Origin: an uncultured Planctomycetaceae bacterium
GTDB taxonomy: Bacteria > Planctomycetota > Planctomycetia > Pirellulales > UBA1268
DNA length: 50,377 nucleotides
Direction of reading: 5' to 3'
Assembly (NCBI GenBank): GCA_903877395.1
Contig: CAIRDU010000254.1
Location: 1-50,377 of the forward strand
The notes beneath the pieces are model-generated. The model ran no database searches. It saw only the letters and a program-made list of their open reading frames with translations, and had not been told where the DNA came from. Each line of letters starts with the position of its first letter. The stretch's first letter is position 1. The position numbers and the translations under genes were made by a program. Shown one piece after another: positions 16,848 to 26,901 of the stretch.

Positions 16848-18317
16848 ATGCAACTTCCAGACGCCATTCGCCCGTATGCGATCCTGCTGGCCAAGTACCA
16901 TTTCTGGCTGCTGGCGGCTGTGGTGCCGTTGATTCTTCTGCCGCTGCTCTTGTTGTCCAAGGGCCGCATGTTGGATGACATCGTGAAGGCTCGTAGCCAG
17001 ATCGGAAGCCGTTTGACTTCGCTGAGGAACGTGAACGCTCTTCAGCCGCACCCCAATGAGGCATGGGCCACCGAAATCAAAAAAACAACCGATGGAATCA
17101 AGCGGGAAACACTCCAGGAGTGGAAACTTTTTTGGGAGAGCCAAAAGCCGCTTCGAATCTGGCCCGCGACGCTGGGACCCGATTTTTTGCAACGCACCGC
17201 CACCGGCTTGAAGGCCGACAGCAAGCTGCCCCGAAAACTTTTGGAGCGATACCAAGACAGCGTCCGTACGTTAGTCCAGGATTTGCCCGCCCGAATGGGT
17301 GCCGATGGAGCGATGCTCGAAGCCAATCCGACAGCCCCAGGCCAGTCGCCGCCGGCAGACACTGGAGTAAATCGAGGCGGGCCCGGGGCAATACTTCAGG
17401 AGGGCTCCCAATCGCTTGTGCAATGGAACGCAGAGGATCAAAAAAAACTGTACGCTTCGTTTAACTGGGCAAAACCACCGACGACGGCGCAAGTTGCTCT
17501 GGCTCAAGAGGAACTGTGGGTCTACGGCCTTTTGTGCGATGCCATCAAGCGTGTGAATACCACAGCGACTGGGGCCTACAATGCGCCGATTCCACGCGTC
17601 GAACAATTGATGATTGGATATCCGGCTGCCGAGGATAGCCCTGGGGGCATGGGTCGATCTCGAATTTTTCGTCCGGCTTTCCAGGGATCGGCGCCGCCGT
17701 CTCCCGAAGGCGGTGCAATGCCGCCGGCAGATCAGCCAGCAGTTCGCCCACCCCACCCACGATTTGGCGGTCAAGGAGCGAGTTCTGGGCCGATGCCTCC
17801 ATCTTCCGGCAACCCAAGTGGCCTGCCGGAAGATGGAGGCACTGTGGCTTCCCCAGACGATGCGCTTCGCAACTGGATCTATGTTGATTTTGACGGGAAG
17901 CCGCTGTCGGCCGCGGAACTCTCCTCGTCGCCGGCGTCACTCATGGTGCACCTGATGCCATTTGTCATTCGCGCTGTTGTGGATCAGCGAAAGCTTGACT
18001 CCCTGCTGGTGGAACTGGCCGCGTCGGCAGTGCCCGTGGATGTGCGGCAGGTGCGAGTCAACGTAGGCGAGGGACTTGCCACCACGACGATTTCCAGCCC
18101 AGCAAGTACAGCAGACGGGACTGGCCGGGGCAGCCGGAGCAACGATGTTGTTGTGGAACTGCGCGGCACAGTAGGCCTAGCAACGCTTCCGAATGAAAAG
18201 GTATTTGGGCTTGCGCCAGAAACGCCAACCGAGCCTGAACCACAACCTGAACCACAACCTGAACCACAACCTGAACCACAGCCTGAACCACAGCCTCCTG
18301 GGAGGCCACCGGAATGA
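16848..18317 (+). CDS. Hypothetical bitopic envelope protein (489 aa) with a C-terminal (PEPQ)n repeat
   Basis: The N-terminal TM helix (FWLLAAVVPLILLPLLLL) is followed by a predicted helical segment, giving PilO-like topology but no recognisable PilO motifs. It starts 10 nt after the pilMN stop. Its stop overlaps the next start in an ATGA at 18314-18317. Confidence 0.7.
   Translation: MQLPDAIRPYAILLAKYHFWLLAAVVPLILLPLLLLSKGRMLDDIVKARSQIGSRLTSLRNVNALQPHPNEAWATEIKKTTDGIKRETLQEWKLFWESQKPLRIWPATLGPDFLQRTATGLKADSKLPRKLLERYQDSVRTLVQDLPARMGADGAMLEANPTAPGQSPPADTGVNRGGPGAILQEGSQSLVQWNAEDQKKLYASFNWAKPPTTAQVALAQEELWVYGLLCDAIKRVNTTATGAYNAPIPRVEQLMIGYPAAEDSPGGMGRSRIFRPAFQGSAPPSPEGGAMPPADQPAVRPPHPRFGGQGASSGPMPPSSGNPSGLPEDGGTVASPDDALRNWIYVDFDGKPLSAAELSSSPASLMVHLMPFVIRAVVDQRKLDSLLVELAASAVPVDVRQVRVNVGEGLATTTISSPASTADGTGRGSRSNDVVVELRGTVGLATLPNEKVFGLAPETPTEPEPQPEPQPEPQPEPQPEPQPPGRPPE
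18234..18293 (+). repeat. Five tandem copies of a 12-nt unit (cctgaaccacaa/g) encoding (PEPQ)n
   Basis: Read directly as cctgaaccacaa x3 followed by cctgaaccacag x2. The repeat is in frame at the 3' end of the 16848..18317 CDS. Confidence 0.9.
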
Positions 18318-20095
18318 AACTGCCCGGCATTCGGTTCGACAAAGAAGCGATCATCGGTTTTTTAATCAATCACGGCGAGAAGATCGTCGGGGGAAGCGTT
18401 GGCATGATCGCTTGCTTCCTCGTGTATGGAGGCATCGATGCCATTCGGAGCCAGAGCGTCGCGAAGGAGCAACAACCCGCATCCATTGAGGCAAAGTCCA
18501 CGAGCACAGCGGCGTACATCGAAAGCGTGAAGAAGCCGCCGGCAAACGTGCTAGCCAAGAACGTCAGTCTGAAAAAATCGATCGATTCGTGGCGGGAACC
18601 AAAAATCACCCCGATGCCCGAGGTTTCTCTTCTGAACAAGCCGCTCTTTGAAGAGCGGTCCAAGCGAACGCAGCCTGCGGTGCTGCCAATCGAGAATCTG
18701 CGTGCCGTGGCGGGCGTTGTCGTTCTGGCGGCAAAGGACAAGGACGTTGCCCCGCCACAGCCAGATCGAAACGCCGATCGGGATGTCGAGCCTGACCCCA
18801 CGGGGAAACCTCCACGCCCTCGCAGCGGCCGTGGGCGAGCCGAAAAAGAGGAGGCCTTTCCGCCATTTGGTTTGCCGCCGGGCGGCGATCCCATGGGCCA
18901 AAACAATGCCATGCGGGGCCGCATCGCTGGCTACGTGATCGTGACAGGACTGATTCCGATGGCCAAGCAAAATGGCGAATACAGGCAGCGGTTTGAATCG
19001 GCTGGCTTCCAAGACCCCAAACGAGATGTGCCGCTCTGGAGCGACTATCTCGTGGAGCGTTCGGAGACCGCAGCGGGCGAGCCCGACGCGTGGAAAAAAA
19101 TGGACCTCAAGCAGATTGCCAAGCAGTCGCAGGACGAGTGGGCCGGCACACAGGAGAATCCTCCAACGAGATTTTTGCTTCCAGACTCTACCGCAGCAGC
19201 TCAAACTCCAGCCGCTGGCAGCCCATCGACTCTTGGAAATACTGGGAGCAGCTACTGTGCGCCGCTGCCGCAGTTGATTGCCGGAGAAGCTTGGGGAACC
19301 AAGGCGATGCATCCGTGGTTTATCTCCTATCTCAAGCAAAAAAAGACGGCCTCGCAGGATGCTCTCGGTGCAGCCCCACCTGAACCACCGCAGGGATCTT
19401 CCCCGACAAATGAGAGGATCGAATACAGCCTGTTTCGGTTTGTAGACATGAATGTCGAGCCGGGCAAAAGCTATCGCTACCGGGTGAGGCTGTCTGTTTG
19501 GAATCCCAACTACAACCTGGCAGCACAACATCTTTCAGAGTCAACGCTTGCAAAAGCTGCCAAGCTGGTTTCCGCGCCGAGCAATGTGAGCCTGCCAGTC
19601 GTGGTACCAGAGACCACCTCTATGCTGGTGCGTTCATTACGCAAGGAATCCATGAAGCGGCTCAAACCTGGCATGATCGAACTGCTCGTGCTGGCCCCCA
19701 ATAGGCAAACGGGAAACTACTCGCTGCGGAGCCTCGTAACGGAAGTCGGTGGCTTGGCCAACATCGATCAATCCCTTAACAAACCTGGCGACAGCCGAGT
19801 ACGAGGCGAAGACATCGCTACCAACCGCGTGCTGGTTGACATGCGGGGCCGGCAAGACGATCGCACGGACACCCGAACGAAAGCATCGCCAGCCCCGCCG
19901 GAACCGTTTGAGATGCTTTTCCTCCGGGCAGACGGTTCGTTTGAAAAAGCCACTGCAGCCGATTCACAGGTTCGCATCAACCAATACATCGGCACGCTGC
20001 CTTCCGCCGAAGAAACCACGAAGGGTTCATCTCGGGATCGTTCAGGCCAGCCAGAGATGCCTCAAGAGAACCTTAACCCGTTTCAACCCCGATAA
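18314..20095 (+). CDS. Hypothetical bitopic envelope protein (593 aa)
   Basis: A short cytoplasmic N-terminus is followed by one TM helix (IVGGSVGMIACFLVYGGI), then a charged P/R/D/E-rich linker and a large C-terminal domain. It is translationally coupled to the upstream gene. I recognise no family. Confidence 0.7.
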   Translation: MKLPGIRFDKEAIIGFLINHGEKIVGGSVGMIACFLVYGGIDAIRSQSVAKEQQPASIEAKSTSTAAYIESVKKPPANVLAKNVSLKKSIDSWREPKITPMPEVSLLNKPLFEERSKRTQPAVLPIENLRAVAGVVVLAAKDKDVAPPQPDRNADRDVEPDPTGKPPRPRSGRGRAEKEEAFPPFGLPPGGDPMGQNNAMRGRIAGYVIVTGLIPMAKQNGEYRQRFESAGFQDPKRDVPLWSDYLVERSETAAGEPDAWKKMDLKQIAKQSQDEWAGTQENPPTRFLLPDSTAAAQTPAAGSPSTLGNTGSSYCAPLPQLIAGEAWGTKAMHPWFISYLKQKKTASQDALGAAPPEPPQGSSPTNERIEYSLFRFVDMNVEPGKSYRYRVRLSVWNPNYNLAAQHLSESTLAKAAKLVSAPSNVSLPVVVPETTSMLVRSLRKESMKRLKPGMIELLVLAPNRQTGNYSLRSLVTEVGGLANIDQSLNKPGDSRVRGEDIATNRVLVDMRGRQDDRTDTRTKASPAPPEPFEMLFLRADGSFEKATAADSQVRINQYIGTLPSAEETTKGSSRDRSGQPEMPQENLNPFQPR

Positions 20096-20143
20096 TCCAC
20101 CGAACGCCCGCTCCGTGCGTCCAGCCGTCTGGCCATCACTTCT

Positions 20144-21598
20144 ATGAACACTCCTTCTAGTTTGTCTGTTGGGCCAACCCACGTACGGCGTGGCTTTTGG
20201 GTCCTGCTGCCGAGCCTGTCAGCGATTGCTTACAACACCCGCCTGCTCGTTGGCTGCCTCATGACTGCAGCCTGCGTAGCACTTGGCTCGTTTGGCAACG
20301 CGGCTTTTGCACAAAACGCCGCGGCGAAATACTCGACGTGGTCCAAGGTCGAAGCGGCGCCAGAGACGCGAGCCTACAAAGAACAACTGCGAGAAGGCGG
20401 TGGCCTCGACGCCATCCTGCGGGCATTGCTGGAACAGACAGCCCTGCCGCAACTCGCTCTGACAAGTAACCGTTCGACCATCGAACGCACCCGGCGGCGA
20501 ATGCGGGAACTACTGCTCACAGAGATCGCTGACGAGAAGGCGTTTGAGGATGCCAGTCGTGTCTTTCTTGTGTTTTTTGAAAAACTCTCTCGCGATGAAG
20601 ATGCCGACATGCTCGTGCGTATCAACGCATTGCTCTTGATCGGAGAGCTCAAGGCGAAGGATGGAAAGCCTTGGCCCCCGACTGCCGTCGCACTGGCCGC
20701 GGCCGCACGCGACACAAAGCTTCCGTCAGCGATCCGCGTTGCTGCCACTGCTGGCCTGGCCCGGCACATCGAAGCGGCTCGGGCCGCAGGGGAGGATGCT
20801 CCCGCGGCGCTAGCCGCTGACGCGTTGCCAGCAATTGTTGCCATCCTCCAAGAGCCCATCGAAAAAGACACCGGCGTTGAGTTTGATTGGCTTGTTTCAC
20901 GATCGCTTTCGATGCTGCCCTCGCTCAGCCGTTCCGCCTCGAAAGAAATGGCCGCCACACTTCCAAAGCTGCTGGTGAAGTTGCTTGAAGACCCGTTACG
21001 ATCGCTGGACGTGCGCGTGCGTGCAGCAGCAGCGTTGGGGGCAACGGTCGTGCCGGCCTCCGGAGTGAATGGACCGCAGGTGATTGCCGCGATTGGCTCG
21101 CTGGCACTCAGCGGACTCGAAGGCGACGATGTGGCTGCGGCAAGCCGCCGCCTCGAACAGGAGTACCTCGTTCTGGCTGGGGCAACCCCAGCCAGCGCGG
21201 TGGCCCAGCCCGTTTTGGTACCTGGCCTTGGTCAGGCCGGAACACCGGATGCAGTCGCCATTGCAGAGCAAGTCTGCCGCCGCGCCGCCTGGCGATTGGT
21301 GACGCTGGCCGACGCGATCGCGCCCTTGGATGGAAAGAGCGGGCTGGCATTACTTTCCACCAACACAGGCACCGCAGCGGTTGATCTCGCAAAAACCTTG
21401 CGAGATTTCGGGATGAATCTGGACAAGATTCCCGACGAACAATCGCTCGCCGATGCGATTGCCGCGATTCAAGCACCAGCCACTGGAGCACCGCGGCCCC
21501 AAGCTCCTGAGCGAAAACCCAAGCCAGAAGAACCCGCTGCTGAAGAACCGGCCACTGACCCGGCTGCCTCGCCGTTTGACAGTCCATTTGGATCCTAG
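20144..21598 (+). CDS. Secreted alpha-helical repeat (HEAT/ARM-like) protein, 484 aa
   Basis: A signal-like segment ends in ...GSFGNAAFAQ. Helical repeats rich in A/L/R follow (e.g. SAIRVAATAGLARHIE, LDVRVRAAAALGATVVP), and the C-terminal tail is acidic and Pro-rich. It is the last gene of the co-directional cluster. An alternative start is ATG 20261. Confidence 0.62.
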   Translation: MNTPSSLSVGPTHVRRGFWVLLPSLSAIAYNTRLLVGCLMTAACVALGSFGNAAFAQNAAAKYSTWSKVEAAPETRAYKEQLREGGGLDAILRALLEQTALPQLALTSNRSTIERTRRRMRELLLTEIADEKAFEDASRVFLVFFEKLSRDEDADMLVRINALLLIGELKAKDGKPWPPTAVALAAAARDTKLPSAIRVAATAGLARHIEAARAAGEDAPAALAADALPAIVAILQEPIEKDTGVEFDWLVSRSLSMLPSLSRSASKEMAATLPKLLVKLLEDPLRSLDVRVRAAAALGATVVPASGVNGPQVIAAIGSLALSGLEGDDVAAASRRLEQEYLVLAGATPASAVAQPVLVPGLGQAGTPDAVAIAEQVCRRAAWRLVTLADAIAPLDGKSGLALLSTNTGTAAVDLAKTLRDFGMNLDKIPDEQSLADAIAAIQAPATGAPRPQAPERKPKPEEPAAEEPATDPAASPFDSPFGS

Positions 21599-21641
21599 CG
21601 TTGAATTCGAAGGATCGCTGCATGCGCTCTCACACGAGGCT

Positions 21642-23414
21642 CTATCGCTTGATCAGATCTTTTACGGTGCCACCCGATGGGATCATTGGCAGCACGTGCT
21701 CTTGGTATGGCACCTGCACATCCAAGATGGCCGGACCAGGCGCATCAATCAGGCGTCGCAGCGCCGACTCCAAATCGCTCTTCTTCGCAACGGTTTCGGC
21801 CTGCCAGCCAAAGCCCTTCGCGATTGAGACAAAATCGGGGTAGCGATTGTTGGGCGAGATGCCGTCACCCTGGCCGCGGGCCTCGGGGTGATCCACTGGA
21901 CCCAAGTAGGTATGCGCCCGATTACCCTTAAAGAATCGATCCTCCCACTGCACCACCATGCCAAGGTGCTGGTTATTGAGGAGCAACACTTTGACGGGAA
22001 TATTTTCGCAGTTGCACGTTGCGAATTCCTGGATGTTCATCAGGATGCTCCCGTCACCGTCGATGTCCACCACGAGCGACTCCGGGTGAGCCACCTTTGC
22101 GCCCATGGCCGCTGGCAATCCGAAGCCCATCGTGCCCAACCCGCTTGAGGAAAGCCATGTACGGGGGTGGCGAAACTTGTAAAACTGCGCCGCCCACATC
22201 TGGTGCTGGCCTACGCCCACAGTGATGATCGTGTCGCGGTCGGCAGTGAGGCGAGATAATTCCGCAATCGCCTCTTGCGCCAAAATGCCCTTGTAAGTCG
22301 TATCGAAGGAAAACGGGTCCTCCCGTTTCCATTCGGCAATTTGCGAGTGCCAATCGGCGAGGCTCGACGAGGGTGGTTCGACGATCTTATTGAGTTGGGC
22401 AAGCGCATCTTTCACATCGGCCACAATCGGGACGTGAACAACCTTGTTCTTGTTGATTTCGGACGGGTCGATGTCGATGTGCACGATGAAGCCGTGCTCG
22501 GCAAACTCCGCCACTTTGCCTGTCACTCGATCGTCAAACCGCACGCCAATAGCCAGCAGCAAATCGGCCTGATCCACGGCATAGTTGGCATACACACTGC
22601 CGTGCATGCCGAGCATATCCAGACAGAGTGGCTCGTCGGCCGAAAAAGCGCCCAACCCCATTAACGTCATGGTGACTGGGATGCCTGTGCGTCGGACTAA
22701 TTCTCGTAACTCACCAGATGCCTCTCCTGCGATCACGCCACCGCCGGCATAGATCACTGGCCGCTTGGCCCGTTTGATCGCTGCAGCCACCTGCGCAATC
22801 TGCTCGGGATGCGCCTGGCGAACCTCTGGGTGATAGCCAGGCAGGTTCATCGGGGCATTGAAGTCGGGCACAATTTGGGTCACCTGAATGTTCTTCGGCA
22901 GGTCGACGAGTACGGGGCCAGGACGGCCTGTAGTGGCAATGTGAAACGCCTCTCGCATCACGCGGGCGATGTCGTTGGCATCGGTCACAAGATAGTGGTG
23001 TTTGGTGATGCCACGACAAACTTCAACGATCGGCGTCTCCTGAAACGCATCGGTGCCGATCACGCTGGTGCCGACTTGGCCCGTAATCGCAATCATGGGC
23101 ACGCTGTCCATCCTCGCGTCAGCGATCGCCGTCACGAGGTTGAGTGCGCCAGGGCCGCTGGTAGCCATGCACACGCCCGGCTTCCCTGTTGTGCGGGCGT
23201 AGCCTTGGGCGGCAAAGCCTCCTCCCTGCTCGTGCCGAGGCAGAATCGTGCGAAGCCTATCGGCATAGCGAGTGAGGGCCTGATGCAGCGGCATGCTGGC
23301 CCCGCCTGGATAGGCGAATATCACATCCACTCCGTGCCGAATCAACGACTCAATCACGACATCGGCCCCGTTGAGAGACGTTTCAGAGGTTCGGGGGCGG
23401 GAGACTGTGGCCAT
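21642..23414 (-). CDS. ilvB: Acetolactate synthase (acetohydroxyacid synthase) large subunit, biosynthetic type
   Basis: 590 aa. The N-terminus [32 protein letters not shown] and the ThDP-binding motif [15 protein letters not shown]...IDGDGS are present. Length and motif order are typical of IlvB. Confidence 0.93.
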   Translation of the reverse strand: MATVSRPRTSETSLNGADVVIESLIRHGVDVIFAYPGGASMPLHQALTRYADRLRTILPRHEQGGGFAAQGYARTTGKPGVCMATSGPGALNLVTAIADARMDSVPMIAITGQVGTSVIGTDAFQETPIVEVCRGITKHHYLVTDANDIARVMREAFHIATTGRPGPVLVDLPKNIQVTQIVPDFNAPMNLPGYHPEVRQAHPEQIAQVAAAIKRAKRPVIYAGGGVIAGEASGELRELVRRTGIPVTMTLMGLGAFSADEPLCLDMLGMHGSVYANYAVDQADLLLAIGVRFDDRVTGKVAEFAEHGFIVHIDIDPSEINKNKVVHVPIVADVKDALAQLNKIVEPPSSSLADWHSQIAEWKREDPFSFDTTYKGILAQEAIAELSRLTADRDTIITVGVGQHQMWAAQFYKFRHPRTWLSSSGLGTMGFGLPAAMGAKVAHPESLVVDIDGDGSILMNIQEFATCNCENIPVKVLLLNNQHLGMVVQWEDRFFKGNRAHTYLGPVDHPEARGQGDGISPNNRYPDFVSIAKGFGWQAETVAKKSDLESALRRLIDAPGPAILDVQVPYQEHVLPMIPSGGTVKDLIKR

Positions 23415-23541
23415 GGGTGGGCTCCTGGGAGGGAGTCGTGAAAGGAAAAACTATCCCTCAAAAATACACGAAAAACGCGACTGTGCGCCAGAGGGTGAAT
23501 TTCCCCGCGAATTCCCCCTGTTATCTCTATACTATCTGCCC

Positions 23542-26500
23542 GTGGCACCACCCTCCGCTGAACGGTCGGCCGGGCGATTGCTCGGACTGGCCAAAACGCT
23601 GCGCACTCACAGCGGGTTCGTCGAGGTCGTAGCCAGTCTCCGCGAGGGGCATGGCGGCACGATCGGCGGAACCTGGGGGTCGAGCTCTGCGCTGACTGCG
23701 GCGGCTCTCTCAGAATCCCTGGTGGCCACGCTGCCCACAGCCCCCGGCATGCTTGTGGTTGTTTTGCCACACGCAGCCGATGCCGATTCGTTTGCCGACG
23801 ATCTCCCGCTCTTCACGTCGAGCCCCATCGCCTTGCTGCCGGCCCTCGAGAGCTTGAACGATGATCGAACGGCCAACGACCCAGCCGCATCCGCCAGACT
23901 CTCGCTTGTCAAGCGTCTAACGATGCCGTCTGGCGACCCTTCAATGCCTGCCGCGCCTGCGATCATCGTCACAAGTATTCAGGCGCTTCTGGCACCGCTG
24001 GCTGATCCCCGAGAGATCGAGGCCAGCACGCGGCGACTAGAGGTGGACGGCCGGCTCGACCCCGCTGAACTTGCGGATTGGCTCGTCGCCAGAGGCTGGC
24101 AGGCCACCGGCGCCATCGACACACCAGGTACGTTCGCACGTCGCGGCGGAATCATCGATCTGTTTGCGATCGACTGGGATCGCCCGGTGCGGGTGGAACT
24201 TATTGGCGACGAGATCGAATCGCTCCGCACTTTCGACACCGTTTCGCAGCGCAGCGTTGCCGAACTCAAGAGCATCGACCTCACGGCCCTAGCCGTCGGA
24301 CCGGCAGCAAGACGCACGCAGTTAGCCGACATTGTGCCCACGGGATCGTGGTGGGTGCTGGTTGAACCGGGAGAACTTGCCGAGGAAGCGAAACGCACGT
24401 TCGAGCGTCTGGGGGCCGCAGCGGAACTGTCGGCTCCAGAGGATATTTTCGCGCGCATCTACCGATTTCCATCGGTGACCCTTGCGGCATTAGCCCAGTC
24501 GAGCCTCGAGGCTACAGCGGCTCTTTCGATTGAAAGTGTCGAACGATTCACCGGCGTGCTCGACCGCGTGCGGGATGAACTGGAGACCGTCGGTCGTGAT
24601 CAGGATGTGTGGGTTGTCGCGCCCACAGACGCCGAAGAAAAACGTTTACGAGAACTGCTCGACCACAGTGCCCCGGCAAGGTCTGGCCGGCTTCACTTCG
24701 CCCGCGGCCATCTCTCCAGCGGCTTTCGGCTCGTGCCTGAAAAGCTCGTGCTGGTAAGCAGTGCTGAACTGTTTCGCCGAGAGGATATCACGGCCCGTGC
24801 GCCGCGGCACCGACTGTCACGAGCGATCGACACGTTTCTCGATCTGCACGAGGGCGACCACGTCGTGCACGTCGCTCACGGAATCGGGCGCTACCGAGGA
24901 CTCAAGCTGCTCGAGAAACAGGATCGCACGGAGGAATTTCTGCAGATTGAGTTTGCCGAATCAACGACGGTGTATGTGCCCGCATCCTGCATCGAACTGG
25001 TCCAGAAATATATCGGTGGCTCAAAGGTGTCGCCGAAACTGGCAAAGATTGGCGGCACGCTCTGGGCAAAGCAGAAGTTAGCCGTACAAAAAGCAGTCGC
25101 CGACATGGCTGCCGAAATGATTCAACTGCAGGCCAAACGCGAAAGCCGACCAGGCATTGCCTTCCCACCCGATACGCCATGGCAACGGACGTTTGAGGAA
25201 TCATTTCCGTTTGATGAGACGCCCGATCAAGTCACGGCAATCGAGGCGATTCGCTGCGACATGCAGCAAGTTCGTCCCATGGATAGGCTCCTGTGCGGCG
25301 ACGTTGGCTTTGGCAAAACAGAACTCGCGATGCGGGCCGCATTCAAGGCCGTGGAGTCGGGACATCAGGTGGCTGTGCTCGTGCCCACCACCGTTCTAGC
25401 CGAGCAACACAGGCGCAGCTTCGCTGCCAGATTTTCCGAGTTTCCTTTCACGATCCGCGCGCTATCGCGATTCTCGAGTGCGCGAGAAGAACGAGAAATT
25501 CTCGAAGGCTTGGCCAGCGGCTCAGTTGATATCGTTATCGGCACGCACAGGCTTGCGCAAGCCGACATTCACTTCGCAAACCTCGGCCTGCTCGTGGTGG
25601 ACGAGGAACAGCGATTTGGAGTTGATGTGAAGGAGCGGCTCAAGTCGCTCCGCACGAGCGTCGACGTGCTTACGATGACAGCCACGCCCATTCCCCGCAC
25701 GCTTCACATGTCGATGCTTGGCATCCGCGACATCTCGAGCCTTGCCACGCCGCCCGCCAATCGACTGGCGGTCGAAACCCGCGTGTCTCGATGGGATGAG
25801 TCACTCATTCGCCACGCAATCGACCGGGAGTTGGCCCGTGGTGGGCAGGTTTTTTTTGTACACAACCGGATTCACGATATCCACACCGTCGCGCACAGAT
25901 TGTCGCAGATCGTTCCCGAAGCAACGATTGCCATCGGCCACGGGCGGCTGTCTGAATCGGAACTCGAGGATGTGATGCTCGCGTTCGTCGCGGGCACAAC
26001 TGACATTCTGCTGGCCACGACAATCATCGAGAGCGGCCTCGACATACCGAATGCCAACACCATCTTCATTGATGAGTCCGATACCTATGGCCTAGCCGAC
26101 CTTCACCAACTCCGAGGCCGCGTGGGCCGGTCGCACCACCGCGCCTATTGCTACATGCTCGTCGACGAGACGGCGCACCTCACGAGTACCGCCGCCCGAA
26201 GGCTCCGCGCAATCCAAGAATTTTCAAGCATGGGGGCTGGGTTTTCCTTGGCGATGCGCGATTTAGAAATTCGCGGCGCGGGAAACCTGCTGGGCACGCA
26301 GCAAAGTGGGCACATTGCCACGGTGGGCTACGAACTTTACTGCCGCTTGCTGGAACAGTCGGTGCGAGGGCTCAAGAGTATGCCGCCAGCAGAGCCACCG
26401 CAGGTGACGATCGATCTGCCAGGCGAGGCATGGCTGCCTCGCGATTTCATTCCCGATTTTCGGACGAAAATCGACATCTACCGACGGCTCTCCCGAGCGA

Positions 26501-26901
26501 TGGACGACACGCAGATCGACGACTTGGCAGCAGAACTTTTGGACCGCTTTGGCCCACTGCCTGCCGAAAGCCAACGCTTACTCGAATTTGCCAGGCTGCG
26601 AGTGGCCGCAGCGGTTCTTGGCATTGATTCTGTCACTCGCGAAGCAGGTATGCTGGCCCTGCGTTATCACGACCGCTCGGCGATGGAGTCGCTCAAGGCC
26701 ACAGGCCCAGCCGCCGCCAAACTGCTTCGGATCGTAGACCATCGGACGGCGTATCTCCCTGTCGAAAACGCTGTTTTGAACGATTCTGAGCGGCTTCTTC
26801 AAGCAGTCAGGACGCTCTTGCGGCCCGCTCGTGCGCGTCCCTATAGTCCTCGCCCTCCCACCGACCGCGCCAGGCGCACAGGCAAGGATGCCCGTCCATG
26901 A
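23542..26901 (+). CDS. mfd: Transcription-repair coupling factor
   Basis: Superfamily-2 helicase motifs are present: [26 protein letters not shown] and QLRGRVGR. The CarD-like segment HGIGRYRGL is also present, and the length is about 1120 aa. The start is uncertain. I chose GTG 23542 to leave room for the divergent ilvB promoter; the track start at 23371 and ATG 23413 both overlap ilvB. Confidence 0.9.
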   Translation: MAPPSAERSAGRLLGLAKTLRTHSGFVEVVASLREGHGGTIGGTWGSSSALTAAALSESLVATLPTAPGMLVVVLPHAADADSFADDLPLFTSSPIALLPALESLNDDRTANDPAASARLSLVKRLTMPSGDPSMPAAPAIIVTSIQALLAPLADPREIEASTRRLEVDGRLDPAELADWLVARGWQATGAIDTPGTFARRGGIIDLFAIDWDRPVRVELIGDEIESLRTFDTVSQRSVAELKSIDLTALAVGPAARRTQLADIVPTGSWWVLVEPGELAEEAKRTFERLGAAAELSAPEDIFARIYRFPSVTLAALAQSSLEATAALSIESVERFTGVLDRVRDELETVGRDQDVWVVAPTDAEEKRLRELLDHSAPARSGRLHFARGHLSSGFRLVPEKLVLVSSAELFRREDITARAPRHRLSRAIDTFLDLHEGDHVVHVAHGIGRYRGLKLLEKQDRTEEFLQIEFAESTTVYVPASCIELVQKYIGGSKVSPKLAKIGGTLWAKQKLAVQKAVADMAAEMIQLQAKRESRPGIAFPPDTPWQRTFEESFPFDETPDQVTAIEAIRCDMQQVRPMDRLLCGDVGFGKTELAMRAAFKAVESGHQVAVLVPTTVLAEQHRRSFAARFSEFPFTIRALSRFSSAREEREILEGLASGSVDIVIGTHRLAQADIHFANLGLLVVDEEQRFGVDVKERLKSLRTSVDVLTMTATPIPRTLHMSMLGIRDISSLATPPANRLAVETRVSRWDESLIRHAIDRELARGGQVFFVHNRIHDIHTVAHRLSQIVPEATIAIGHGRLSESELEDVMLAFVAGTTDILLATTIIESGLDIPNANTIFIDESDTYGLADLHQLRGRVGRSHHRAYCYMLVDETAHLTSTAARRLRAIQEFSSMGAGFSLAMRDLEIRGAGNLLGTQQSGHIATVGYELYCRLLEQSVRGLKSMPPAEPPQVTIDLPGEAWLPRDFIPDFRTKIDIYRRLSRAMDDTQIDDLAAELLDRFGPLPAESQRLLEFARLRVAAAVLGIDSVTREAGMLALRYHDRSAMESLKATGPAAAKLLRIVDHRTAYLPVENAVLNDSERLLQAVRTLLRPARARPYSPRPPTDRARRTGKDARP

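Noticed and set aside
18234-18293. Tandem 12-nt repeats considered as a possible CRISPR or minisatellite
   Set aside because: The units are contiguous with no spacers, in frame, and code for PEPQ. It is a coding microsatellite, not a CRISPR array. No CRISPR-like repeat-spacer structure was seen anywhere in the window.
18551-19531. 326-aa antisense ORF inside the third envelope-operon gene (similarly 14559..15419 inside pilMN and 18370..18924)
   Set aside because: The plus-strand frames form a coupled operon with sensible TM and domain organisation. The antisense translations are Arg/Cys/Trp-rich, which is the typical shadow-ORF pattern.
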